Source: Macrostomum lignano
Lineage: Eukaryota
Direction: 5' to 3'
Assembly (NCBI GenBank): GCA_002269645.1
Contig: NIVC01003715.1
Coordinates: forward strand, 1-46,163
DNA: 46,163 nt
Shown: in pieces, positions 14,701 through 24,741 of the stretch
Position numbering within the stretch: position 1 is the stretch's first letter
How the letters are laid out: each line of letters starts with the position of its first letter
Made by a program: the position numbers and the translations under genes
The notes under the pieces: generated by a model
Database searches by the model: none
The model's input: only the letters and a program-made list of their open reading frames with translations
Told to the model about the DNA's origin: nothing

Positions 14701-17700
14701 GGGCGAACACCAAGAGACAGGGGCGAACACCAAGAGACAGGGGCGCCCACACCATACAAAGAGACAGGGGCGTCCACCAAGAGACAGGGGCGCCCACCAA
14801 GAGACAGGGGTGCCCACCAAGAGACAGGGGCGCCCACCAAGAGACAGGGGCGCCCACCAAGAGACAGGGGCGCCCACCAAGAGACAGGGGCGCCCACCAA
14901 GAGACAGGGGCGCCTACCAAGAGACAAGGGCGCCCACCAAGAGACAGGGGCGTCCACCAAGAGACAGGGGCGCCCACCAAGAGACAGGGGCGTCCACCAA
15001 GAGACAGGGGCGCCCACCAAGAGACAGGGGCGCCCACCAAGAGACAGGGGCGTCCACCAAGAGACAGGGGCGCCCACCAAGAGACAGGGGCGCCCACCAA
15101 GAGACAGGGGCGCCCACCAAGAGACAGGGGCGCCCACCAAGAGACAGGGGCGTCCACCAAGAGACAGGGGCGCCCACCAAGAGACAGGGGCGTCCACCAA
15201 GAGACAGGGGCGCCCACCAAGAGACAGGGGCGCCCACCAAGAGACAGGGGCGCCCACCAAGAGACAGGGGCGCCCACCAAGAGACAGGGGCGAACACCAA
15301 GAGACAGGGGCGCCCACACCATACAAAGAGACAGGGGCGTCCACCAAGAGACAGGGGCGCCCACCAAGAGACAGGGGCGCCCACCAAGAGACAGGGGCGC
15401 CCACCAAGAGACAGGGGCGCCCACCAAGAGACAGGGGCGCCCACCAAGAGACAGGGGCGCCCACCAAGAGACAGGGGCGCCCACCAAGAGACAGGGGCGC
15501 CCACCAAGAGACAGGGGCGCCCACCAAGAGACAGGGGCGCCCACCAAGAGACAGGGGCGCCCACCAAGAGACAGGGGCGCCTACCAAGAGACAAGGGCGC
15601 CCACCAAGAGACAGGGGCGTCCACCAAGAGACAGGGGCGCCCACCAAGAGACAGGGGCGCCCACCAAGAGACAGGGGCGTCCACCAAGAGACAGGGGCGC
15701 CCACCAAGAGACAGGGGCGCCCACCAAGAGACAGGGGTGCCCACCAAGAGACAGGGGTGCCCACCAAGAGACAGGGGCGCCCACCAAGAGACAGGGGTGC
15801 CCACCAAGAGACAGGGGTGCCCACCAAGAGACAGGGGCGCCCACCAAGAGACAGGGGTGCCCACCAAGAGACAGGGGCGCCCACCAAGAGACAGGGGCGC
15901 CCACCAAGAGACAGGGGTGCCCACCAAGAGACAGGGGCGCCCACCAAGAGACAGGGGTGCCCACCAAGAGACAGGGGCGCCTACCAAGAGACAGGGGTGC
16001 CCACCAAGAGACAGGGGTGCCCACCAAGAGACAGGGGCGCCCGCCAAGAGACAGGGGCGCCCACCAAGAGACAGGGGTGCCCACCAAGAGACAGGGATGC
16101 CTACAAAGAAGCAGGAGCGCCAACCGAAACAACAAATTGGCGCCTCTAACGGTTGCACCCCTCCAATTAATTGGACTCTAATTTGAACCTCTACTCCAGC
16201 CTCGAATCCAACATCAAATACAATCTCTTTCAATGCCGAAGATTATTTTTCAGGCTAGCATCAAACCAGCCTCGAAAAATCCGCTTTGAGGTTCATTCGA
16301 GGCTGCATTTGAGGCTAGGGTAAAAATTAGAAGCTGCCCTTTTCCCATCAAGTAAAATTTCGGCGCACACGATTGGAAAGAAAAATACAAGACGTAATTT
16401 ATAAAAACAAAAAGCAAAAATCATATTCGATAGCTAAAAAACAGAATTAGTCAGTTCAAGTTCATACAGACACAATATACAAAGTAAGAAAGCGACTTAC
16501 TGCACAAAGTTAGACAGGTTATAATCCAGCCACTCGCACACCTGGCTAGGACTGTACATGCTGAAGGTGAATGGCAGGCTGAAATCGCGCAGAAATTGCG
16601 TCAAATTCGGGTCCCGATCGGCCAGCTGTTTCAGCAGCAGTTTCCGCTGGGTGACTGGGCGGCGAGACAAATGAATGTAAGTCCCAGTTGAATGGCGCAG
16701 CACTTCGCTGAAGTTGTGCGTCTGATTGCAGGCGACTATATTGTAGGGGAACGGGCTGTCCGGGTTGTAGATTTCCAGCGGGCAGCCCGAGTTCAACTGG
16801 TTGCCGACGTAGTAATAGCTGAGAGCAGTGCGAAGGAGGCGAATTTGAGGCGATTAGAGGGGGGAATAATGTCAATAACGCTTGATGAAGATGTTGGGAT
16901 GAGATCGACAAAGAAATGTCTGGTAGGGTGACGGAACGTGGCAGGAGATCGCCCAGCAACTGACTATCTGGGAGGCTGGCCTAGCAACTAAATATCTGGG
17001 AGGTTGGCCTAGCAACTGAGGATTTGGGAGGTTGGCCTAGCAACTGAATATCTGGGAGGTTGGCCTAGCAACTGAGTATCTGGGAGGTTGGCCTAGCAAC
17101 TGAATATCTGGGAGGTTGGCCTAGCAACTGAGTATCTGGGAGGTTGGCCTAGCAACTGAGTATCTGGGAGGTTGGCCTAGCAACTGAGTATCTGGGAGGT
17201 TGGCCTAGCAACTGAGTATCTGGGAGGTTGGCCTAGCAACTGAGGATTTGGGAGGTTGGCCTAGCAACTGAGGATCTGGGAGGGCGTTGGCTGAGTAGCT
17301 GAGGATCTGAGAGGTTGGCCTAGCAACTGAGGATCTGGGAGGTTGGTCTAGCAACTGAGGATCTGGGAGGTTGGTCTAGCAACTGAAGATCTGGGAGGTT
17401 GGTCTAGCAACTGAGGATCTGGGAGGTTGGCTTAGCAACTGAGGATCTGGGAGGGCGTTGGCTGAGTAGCTGAGGATCTGGGAGGTTGGCCTAGAAACTG
17501 AGGACCTGGGAGGCCGGCATCATCTTAAGGCAGCAAGGATCTGGTAGCTCATCAGTCGGAGCTTTTTGAAGCTCTTTTCACGGGGATAATTTGAAAAAAA
17601 AAGACACAAGTCTCACATCTGAGAGCGGTTATACAAGAAGCCGTGGTCCAAATAGGGATAGCCGGGCTGGGCAATCTCGCTCAAGAGTATGGGACAGTCA

Positions 17701-19310
17701 AACGGATACCGGCAGTTCTCAATGCCAACAACATCGGCCTCTCTGTAGCCGAACAGGTCGCGCAGCAGGACGGCTAGCAACAGTCCGGCCGTCCGGCGCC
17801 TTCCGTGGACGCCAATTCGGACAACGTTCGGTCTGGCGTCCGCGGTGGTGTTGAAGAAGTAGCGGGGATACCTGCTGCGGACTGGGGGGGAGAACGATAA
17901 ACAGATGAATTTTCATTTAAATACGTCTATTTTGATACTCTGCAGACAAAACAATGTTTGGAAGAAAGGATTGCGAGAGTAAAAGGATTATCAGAGGCTA
18001 ATCTTGGGAATCTGGAGGATTATCAGATGCTAATCTTGGGGATCTGGACCTGGAGGATTATCAGAGGCGAATCATGGGGATCTGGAGGATTATCAGATGC
18101 TAATCTTGGGGATCTGGACCTGGAGGATTATCAGAGGCGAATCATGGGGATCTGGAGGATTATCAGAGGCTAATCATAGGGATCTGGAGGATTATCAGAG
18201 GCTAATCATAGAGATCTGGAGGATTATCAGAGGCGAATCATGGGGATCTGGAGGATTATCAGAGGCTAGTCATAGGGATCTGGAGGATTATCAGAGGCTA
18301 ATCATAGGGATCTGGAGGATATCAGAGGCGAATCATGGGGATCTGGAGGATTATCAGAGGCTAATCATAGGGATCTGGAGGATTATCAGAGGCTAATCAT
18401 AGGGATCTGGAGGATATCAGAGGCGAATCATGGGGATCTGGAGGATTATCAGAGGCTAATCATAGGGATCTGGAGGATTATCAGAGGCTAATCATAGGGA
18501 TCTGGAGGATATCAGAGGCGAATCATGGGGATCTGGAGGATTATCAGAGGCTAATCATAGGGATCTGGAGGATTATCAGAGGCTAATCATGGGGATCTGG
18601 AGGATTATCAGAGGCTAATCATGGGGATCTGGAGGATTATCAGAGGCTAATCATAGGGATCTGGAGGATTATCAGAGGCTAATCATGGGATCTGGAGGAT
18701 TATCAGAGGCTAATCATAGGGATCTGGAGGATTATCAGAGGATAATCATGGGGATCTGGATTATCAGAGGCTAATCGTGTGGATCTAGAGGATTATCAGA
18801 AGCTGATCTTAGGGATCTGGAGGATTATCAGAGGATAATCATGGGGATCTGGATTATCAGAGGCTAATCATGGGGATCTGGATTATCAGAGGCTAATCAT
18901 GTGGATCTAGAGGATTATCAGAAGCTAATCTTAGGGATCTGGAGGATTATCAGAGACTAATATTGGGATCTGGAGGATTGTTAAAGACAAATATTGTGAT
19001 CTAGAGGACTACTATCAGAGGCCAATCGAGTGATCTGAAGAAGTAGGAGTTGCCAGGCTTGAAGATTGTGGAATAGATGCTCCCAGGCTTAATTTTTTTA
19101 ATACTAGCCATCTACCAGGGATAAAAAAACAGGTAATAGAAAAAACTTTATAAAATAATAAAACTTACATTGATCAACAGATGGATATTGCAATGAATCA
19201 CAAGATGGAATATCATAATTAGCAATAGCTGCCGAGGAAATCACAATTATAAATAGCAATAAGCAAATGACCAATAATAGTTTAATTTCAAGACTGAAGT
19301 ATGTCTTCAT
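2864..19310 (-). CDS. vkr: Venus kinase receptor (VFT ectodomain + receptor Tyr kinase); 12-exon model, ~1273 aa
   Basis: Hand-built exons: 19169-19310, 17617-17881, 16501-16818, 13277-13825, 11718-11826, 10313-10935, 8817-9330, 8135-8269, 7927-8039, 4438-4690, 3683-4049, 2864-3297. Total 3822 nt; all junction phases agree; GT/GC-AG sites. Signal peptide; VFT motifs (IRIGLIWP, CSKTAEPVA, YPNFYRTVP); TM helix; kinase motifs GEGCFA, CAIK, HRDLALRN, DFG, DYYR, PMRWMPPE. Confidence 0.85.
3561..3670. repeat. (AGAC)n microsatellite, VKR intron 11
   Basis: Direct reading. Confidence 0.98.
3683..4049 (-). CDS. vkr: VKR exon 11, kinase subdomains X-XI and start of tail
   Basis: VSHNIVRG...LVTDCWRYNPAERP; acceptor CCTACAG|G, donor G|GTGAGC. 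Confidence 0.88.
4255..4295. repeat. (AATC)n microsatellite with degenerate upstream copies, intron 10
   Basis: Direct reading. Confidence 0.95.
4438..4690 (-). CDS. vkr: VKR exon 10, catalytic and activation loops
   Basis: DLALRNCLI...KIGDFGLARFAPDYYR...PMRWMPPE...KSDVWAYAVVLYELVTFGKFPF; acceptor TTTCTAG|C; donor CAG|GCAAGT (GC). Confidence 0.92.
5167..7456 (+). mobile_element. Two diverged ~570-bp direct repeats (5183-5769 and ~6885-7456) of an unclassified non-coding element, intron 9
   Basis: Shared blocks (GAATCGGGGATACCGGCTGAGTCCGGGTCCTCTTG; CAGCGGCAGAGCCCCTCCCAGGGCTGATC). Both end CCCCGTTTAACAAYAACAAACCCGGT. A 16-bp duplication AAACCCGGTAAGACGT sits at 5167-5182 and 5761-5776. Confidence 0.7.
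6014..6515. mobile_element. ~500-bp MITE/foldback element built from ATCATAAACCCGAAAT-type subrepeats in inverted orientation
   Basis: Left half repeats AAACCCGAAA/AACTCCGAAA, right half their reverse complement; GGGG...CCCC termini; CTCTGGAC at 6006-6013 and 6519-6526. Confidence 0.75.
7927..8039 (-). CDS. vkr: VKR exon 9 (...FAIDIASGLEYLHSQDPPVVHR)
   Basis: Subdomain VIa; acceptor CTCAG|G, donor CG|GTGAGC. Confidence 0.9.
8135..8269 (-). CDS. vkr: VKR exon 8 (LSHKNIIRLLAVCT...IIMENCLYGDLKSFL)
   Basis: Tyr-kinase subdomains IV-V; acceptor TTGCAG|C, donor CAC|GTGAGT. Confidence 0.85.
8325..8770. repeat. Interrupted (AGAC)n microsatellite, intron 7
   Basis: Direct reading. Confidence 0.98.
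8817..9330 (-). CDS. vkr: VKR exon 7: juxtamembrane, TM helix, kinase subdomains I-III
   Basis: LAAFCIVLVLLILGCLLMVLFGLL then RYCQRRMRRK; IGEGCFAFVYGG; CAIK; FLEEAE|GTATGC. Confidence 0.9.
9490..10230. repeat. 27-28-bp minisatellite GAGTGAATTAATTCCCCTAGACTGT(A/C)A, intron 6
   Basis: Direct reading; core GAATTAATTC is a perfect palindrome. Confidence 0.95.
10313..10935 (-). CDS. vkr: VKR exon 6, VFT C-terminal part (VIVMDYFRRG...YAFILANW...YTSDAIFLLA)
   Basis: Within track ORF 10309-10989; acceptor CTCCCAG|G, donor AA|GTGAGT. Confidence 0.85.
11020..11645. repeat. 57-bp minisatellite (~11 copies), intron 5
   Basis: Period 57 (GAATTTC at 11074 and 11131); explains the 19-aa-repeat ORFs in the track. 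Confidence 0.97.
11718..11826 (-). CDS. vkr: VKR exon 5 (SLDFNEHLCLVEVVAEKDLTLHRALDSLRRAKEAQCQ)
   Basis: Acceptor CCTTAG|C, donor CAG|GTAAGT; phases 2/0 fit both neighbours. Confidence 0.8.
12035..13195. repeat. 28/30-bp minisatellite CCAGTGGACACAAAGGTTGAAA(T/C)GGAGAT(C/A), intron 4
   Basis: Direct reading. Confidence 0.97.
13277..13825 (-). CDS. vkr: VKR exon 4, Venus flytrap (ANF-receptor/PBP1-type) N-lobe
   Basis: IRIGLIWP...CSKTAEPVAQASSRL...SPTVESPLFNRRDVYPNFYRTVPS...YSWEKLALL; acceptor CCCAG|A, donor AG|GTTTGT. Confidence 0.85.
14093..16100. repeat. 20/21-bp minisatellite CCACCAAGAGACAGGGGCGC (~100 copies), intron 3
   Basis: Direct reading. Confidence 0.98.
16501..16818 (-). CDS. vkr: VKR exon 3 (IYYYVGNQLNSGCPLEIY...VCEWLDYNLSNFV)
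   Basis: Branch-like CTAAT plus pyrimidine tract plus CTCTCAG acceptor; donor CA|GTAAGT; overlaps track ORF 16497-16796. Confidence 0.7.
16957..17512. repeat. 28-bp minisatellite GGGAGGTTGGCCTAGCAACTGA(G/A)TATCT, intron 2
   Basis: Direct reading. Confidence 0.97.
17617..17881 (-). CDS. vkr: VKR exon 2 (FRSRYPRYFF...LLAVLLRDLFGYREADVV...NRSQ)
   Basis: Acceptor CCCCCCCAG|T, donor AT|GTGAGA; open frame not listed in the ORF track. Confidence 0.7.
17990..19010. repeat. ~32-bp minisatellite GGATCTGGAGGATTATCAGAGGCTAATCAT(A/G)G, intron 1
   Basis: Direct reading. Confidence 0.97.
19169..19310 (-). CDS. vkr: VKR exon 1 (signal peptide MKTYFSLEIKLLLVICLLLFIIVISSAA...)
   Basis: ATG at 19310, hydrophobic leader, donor CAAT|GTAAGT; phase 1 joins in frame to exon 2. 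Confidence 0.7.
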
Positions 19311-20567
19311 ATTCTATAACATTTTGATAGGCTCACATGCCATTGACCAATGGACAGAGAAATATTTTTTGTTTGAAACCATGCAATAAATTGATTACTT
19401 GAACTTTGATTCTTCAATCTATAAGCAAGCTTTGTAGGTTTAGTTAAATTATATCATATTTATTTATATGCCAAGGCCTATTTGAAATAATTAGAACTTA
19501 AGTTACATTAAATGGAAAATATGACATAATTGAATTATAAAAGAGTACCTATACCTATTTAATAGTGTACAATAGTAGAGATAGGATAATAAGATTTTTT
19601 AGAGAATTTGATTTTTGATTTGAATATTTGATAGAACTGATTCCAATAATAAATGACTAATACTAAATATAAATATTTTCATCAATAACATGCCTACTTT
19701 ACTACTAATCAGCCACTTGCTAGTGTGTATGTGTAGTGCTAATTGATATTTGAATGAATTTATTTCAGATAAATTGTTCAAAAGGCCTGCATCTTTACTT
19801 TTTGTCGAATAAAATATGTCTAGACCAAATACCAACCCAAGTTTGTATTAATCAATGCCTGCAAATCAATGCTCTAGGAACTTGATTTTTAATGCTCTAC
19901 CACTTTTCCAAAAGCCTGAAACCTAAGTACAACATGCTTGTAACTACTTAAGATAGGCCTATTGCTATATGTCCTATTCTTGATTCTCTTCCCTCATTTA
20001 TATAAGTCTATAATCTCTAGCACTTGTTTTTAAACTTAAACTTTTCAATCTATTCTTTTTAAAGCCTTTTCAAATATTAACATATATAATATACTCAATT
20101 GTTATGCCTCTAATCATTTTCTCAGAGCATAGGCCTAACTATCCTTAAATCCTCCTTTTCATTTGAATTATGATACCAATATTAAATTCTTAAATCTTGA
20201 TTTATTCCAAATATTTAGTCTATATAAAAGAAAGCAACTATTTGGTATTCAAATTATCAACTTTTCAATTTTAATCCAAATAAAATATTTGTTTGTTTTA
20301 ATTAGATTCCAAATATTCTAAATATTTATCCTAGGCCTATCTTTACACAGGGCTTAGTAGCATAGGTAAAGGATATTAGTATATTAGCTAATACTTTCAA
20401 ATTTAGATCTATCATTTTTTTTCATTTATAGCTTACTAGGCCCTAAACTGGTGGCATTTATATAATCTTAACTAGTCTAGACCTAGAACAAGAGCTTAAA
20501 AAATAACTTGAAGAATTAGAAGCATAAATAAAAACAGAGATATAGTCAGTGAGTTATACAATGACAA

Positions 20568-21460
20568 TCTCTACATATAAAAATCAAAACTCTGTCTGTC
20601 TGTCTGTCTGTGGACAAATTACTTCGCTATGGACTCCCAAACCACTCAACCAAATGACACCAAACTTTACACCCACCCTAAACTTACTACGGAGAATGTC
20701 TTAGGCTATCTTTAAATTTCCTAAACTCAAGTCTTCCTACTTAAAAGTACAAAAAACTGCTCAAAATGCCCGATTTTTTCACTAAATCCTCCATAGTGCC
20801 GCTCCACTTCTAACGATTCTCTTCAAATTTGACACAGACAATCTTCAACTATTTTGGCATAGTCATGTATGTAAAATTTCAAGTCTCAAAGTTACTCCTG
20901 AGCGGTGCTGTGCACTTTTAAAGTTAGGCTGTTTTTTACAGCGTAGCAACCACCCCAACCTCCGCCCGCCTGCCTCTCTTTCCCGATCTGGGCCCAGATG
21001 TGTAAAAGGGTTTCAAAATTGACTAACTTTCGGTTGCCATAAGTGTGCTCCACGTAAAGTGATTGACTTCAAACTTGACACAATTCTTCATTGACTTATT
21101 CTCCATCTAAATGTAAAGTTTCAACTCTGTAACTCAACCGAAAAAGAAACTGTAAGCATGTGAAGTTTGTCTGCTTTTTCTGTTGTTTGTGCCACTCACT
21201 CACTCATTCCCCCAGCCCAGACGAAGGGTCAGGCGATAGGGCTGAATGTACATAGCAAATGTAGAGTGTTTTGGAATAGCTTTCTTTATATCCTTCTTTG
21301 CACCCCCGTGGAGGCTACGTTTAGCCACAATAGTTTAGTGAGAAATTCTAACCACTGCCCTCACCTCTGTATTGGCAAACTCTGCAGCAGTTTAACAGTG
21401 GATGGCAATTGGCAAATCAAGGCAATCTGGCATGGTTTGTAAAAGCGAAAGATGTATGAA
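20568..21460 (+). mobile_element. Possible non-autonomous Helitron-like insertion (5' end only; right coordinate is arbitrary)
   Basis: A|TCTCTACATATAAAAATC followed by (TCTG)n resembles animal Helitron 5' ends; no convincing hairpin-CTRR 3' end found. Confidence 0.3.
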
Positions 21461-21779
21461 AAGGCGATGCAATGCAATACAACCCTACTAAATTAGGCAC
21501 ACCATGAAAATTTTAAGTTTCTCTTAAAAGTACTTTAAATTTTAAATGTCCTCCTAAGAAATGCGTATTTCCTTGGTTGTTAGACTGATGCAGACTGCAA
21601 TGGAGCTGAAAATACACAAATTCCTTTCAGGACTACAAATTGGCAAGAAAGATGACATGATCAAAGCATGAGAATAGCCATGAGAGTACTACGTCCCACA
21701 AACTGGCTTTCCAGCAGGAATGGGCAGATTTTCACTCCAAAAGCCAGATAAAGAATCCAGCTTATGTGCGGGCCAGATG

Positions 21780-22651
21780 AGAGTGGAAAGGAGAAGGAAT
21801 AGACTATTAGAAAAGAGGAGAGGCAAGAGGGGGGTATGAGAAAACATGGAATATAAGAGGAGAGACAAGTGGTAAGGAGAGAGCAGAGAAGAAGGAAGAA
21901 GCGAGAGGAGGGGAGAAAGGAGGGAGAGGAAAGAGTAAAGGTGAGAAGAGGGGAGAGATGAGACAGAGGATCGATGAGAGCAGAGTAGAGAAGAGTGAGA
22001 AGAGAGTAGAGATGACAGAGCAGAAAGAAGATGACAGAGGGTCAAGAGGAGAGGAGAGATTAGAAAGGAGAGAGTAGAAAGGATAGAGAAGAGAGGAGAT
22101 AAGAGGGGGAGAGAGGAGTGAAAAGAGAAGAGATAGAGATAAGAGAGTTGAGAAAGAAGAGAGGAGAAAGGAGAGATGAGAGAGTAAAGGGAAGAGGAGA
22201 GAGGAAAGAGATGAGATTGTAGAGATGAGACAGATGAAAGGAGAGATGAGAGAGTAAAGATGAGAGATGAAAAAGGTGAGAGGAGAGTGCAGAGAGACGA
22301 GAGAAGATAATAGAGGAGAGAGAGAGTATAGAAGAGGGAAGAGAAAAGAAGAGAGGAGTAAGGAAAGAGAGGAGTCAGAAGAGTTGAAAGAGAAGAGTAC
22401 GGAGGAGATAAGTGAGAGAACGTATAAGAGAGTAAAGATGACAGATGAGAGAGCAGATGAACAGACGAGAGATGGGAGAGTAGAGAGAATAGAGGAGAGA
22501 TAAGAGAGAAGAGATTACAGAGACTAGAGGAGAGAGGAGAGACAGGGAAAGAGAAGAGGAAATAGGAGAATAAAGAGGGGAGAGAGTAGAGAGGAGAAGA
22601 GAGATTGGAGAGGAGAGATAAGAGAGAGAGAGAGAGAGGGAGAGAGAGAGG

Positions 22652-22682
<31 letters not shown>

Positions 22683-23285
22683 CCCAGAGCAGAGAGAAAA
22701 GAGAAGAGATAAGAGAGAAAAGAGAAGAGATAAGAGAGAAAAGATAAAAGAAGATAAAGGAGAGATGAAAGAGCAGACGAGAGAGAAGAGAGGTGGGGGA
22801 AGAGACGAGTGACGAGGGGAGAGAGAAGAGATAAAACAAAAAAAACATGAGAGGAAAAAGAGAGGAAAGAGGTGAGGAAAGAGACGAGAGAAAAGGGGAG
22901 AGAGGAGAGAGGGAGGAAAGAGGAGAGATGAGAGAGTAGAGGAGAGAGTTAAGAGATGAGAGAAAATAATAGAGAGGAGAAGGAAGAGACGAGAGAAGAG
23001 GGGAAGAGAGGAGAGAGGAGAGGAGAGAGAAAACGAAAAAGTAGAGAGGAGAGAGGAGAGCAGAGAGAAAACGAAAAGTAGAAAGGAGAGAGGAGAGGAG
23101 AAAGAAAGGAATAGGGAAGAGATGAGATAAGAGAGATGAAAGAGAAGAGAGATGAAGGAAGATACAAGAGAAGAGAGGAGAGAAGAGAGAGGAGAGAGGA
23201 GAGACGAGGGACGAGAGAGAAGAAAGGAAACAGAAGAGACGATAAAAATTTTAAAGGATCCAAAGGACGTAGGGAGAGTCAGGGA
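21780..23285. repeat. ~1.5-kb GA-rich polypurine low-complexity tract
   Basis: Almost only A/G on the + strand, including (GA)n runs. Confidence 0.95.
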
Positions 23286-24734
23286 GAGGCCAGAGTTTGC
23301 CAATACATGCTTTAGAGTTAGACAGACATTGCCTGGCATTCTGCGGAGCGGAGCACCCCAGCCAACTATCAACGTTTGCCTCAAACCCTAATTTTACACA
23401 AATGTGTTCCATTTTATGTCTACCTCTATCCTACTAACTATTAATTTGTTTGTGTATGGCCTTAGATATCAGAATACATGCAAAAATAGTTCCAGGGATT
23501 GGAATTCCCCGGGTTTAAAATCCGCGGGTTTCAACAGCTTGTAATATTAATAAAGACAAAGTATATTTATTTATAAGTTATACTTATAGTGTTATGGGCC
23601 TAGGCCCTAGCATCTAGCAAAATAGTTAGATAGACACAAACATATTGGTTGGTCTAATGCTTCCTATATAGTATAGGCCTAGGCCTAGCTTAGGCCTAGT
23701 ATTAGGTCTAAATTTTTTAAGAATTTTTTATAATGAAAATATGCCTATTTTAACATGGATTTTTAATTTTATACAGAGTGAGAATCTATTAGGGAGCCTA
23801 TCAATTAACTTCATAGGTAACAATCTAAATAGAAATTCAAAACCTAGGAAAAACCTTCAAAACAAAAAAACCTTTTTAACCACATTAATTACTTTAATTT
23901 CGGTTATCTTCAAGTTTCGTTCGTTTAATTCCAACACCCACCCCCCACCACCCTTGAATAGAGGGCGAAAATAATTCCGGAAATAATTAAACGAACGAAA
24001 CTTGAAGATTGCCTTAATTTCATATATAGAATATAGGCAGCTTTTAATTTCATATATATAATATAGTGATCAGTGTAGCAAATCAACAATTTCAATAGGC
24101 CTATTCACTATTTGGTGACTCAGCAAATAAAATTAAGTGTCAACATCAAGTCAATGACAGGACGGGACTAGGCGTCAGTCTAGCTATATCCTATAGGATG
24201 AATTGCAGCATCTAATTCTAACATCTATCTATTTAATTAGGCCTAGGGCCTATTCAAGCCTAGGACTATGGCTTGAATAGACGTAAATCTAAGATAAGCC
24301 ATGTCTAACCCAGTATGCATAACAGCATAAGTAGAGCGTACCGTCCGTACAACAACTTCCAACAAGTTAATGACGTACATAGTACAATGTGCATGGTCGT
24401 TTTGCATGTACACTGCGAAAACTGTGAGCCCATGCTGGAACAGGTTTCTAAGTTTGATTTTGGAACTCGTATCACGTGAGAGGTGTATCAATTTCCGCTA
24501 AGAACTGAATCAACTTTCTTGACTTTAACAATTTAACATTATGCTGTCTCTACCTAATCTCCATAGTTTCTTAAGTCAAAATATGTATAACATAGCGTAG
24601 CAAGTGTTTAAATTCTGGCTCACGTAGTACTGAAATATCATTTTAATATACCAAATATAAACAATTTTTTAAGACAAGCAGGCCACGCGTAAAGTCAAAC
24701 ATAGAGTATGCACAAAACGTCGAACTGCCTATGC

Positions 24735-24741
24735 ACCTCGG
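24735..24741 (+). repeat. Target-site duplication ACCTCGG (left copy; right copy 36983-36989)
   Basis: Identical 7-mers abut both TIR termini. Confidence 0.9.

Noticed and set aside
14072-16233. 704-aa and several 280-440-aa ORFs
   Set aside because: Translations of the 20/21-bp intronic minisatellite, open in many frames on both strands.
16819-16925. Upstream extension of VKR exon 3 from an earlier AG
   Set aside because: In the required phase it reaches a stop; the downstream acceptor has a branch-like CTAAT and pyrimidine tract and keeps the frame.
9490-19010. CRISPR-like appearance of the regular 27-57-bp repeats
   Set aside because: Units are contiguous with no unique spacers, there are no cas genes, and the context is eukaryotic introns.
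21689-23391. Leu/Ser-rich and Arg/Glu-rich ORFs
   Set aside because: Translations of the GA-rich low-complexity tract.
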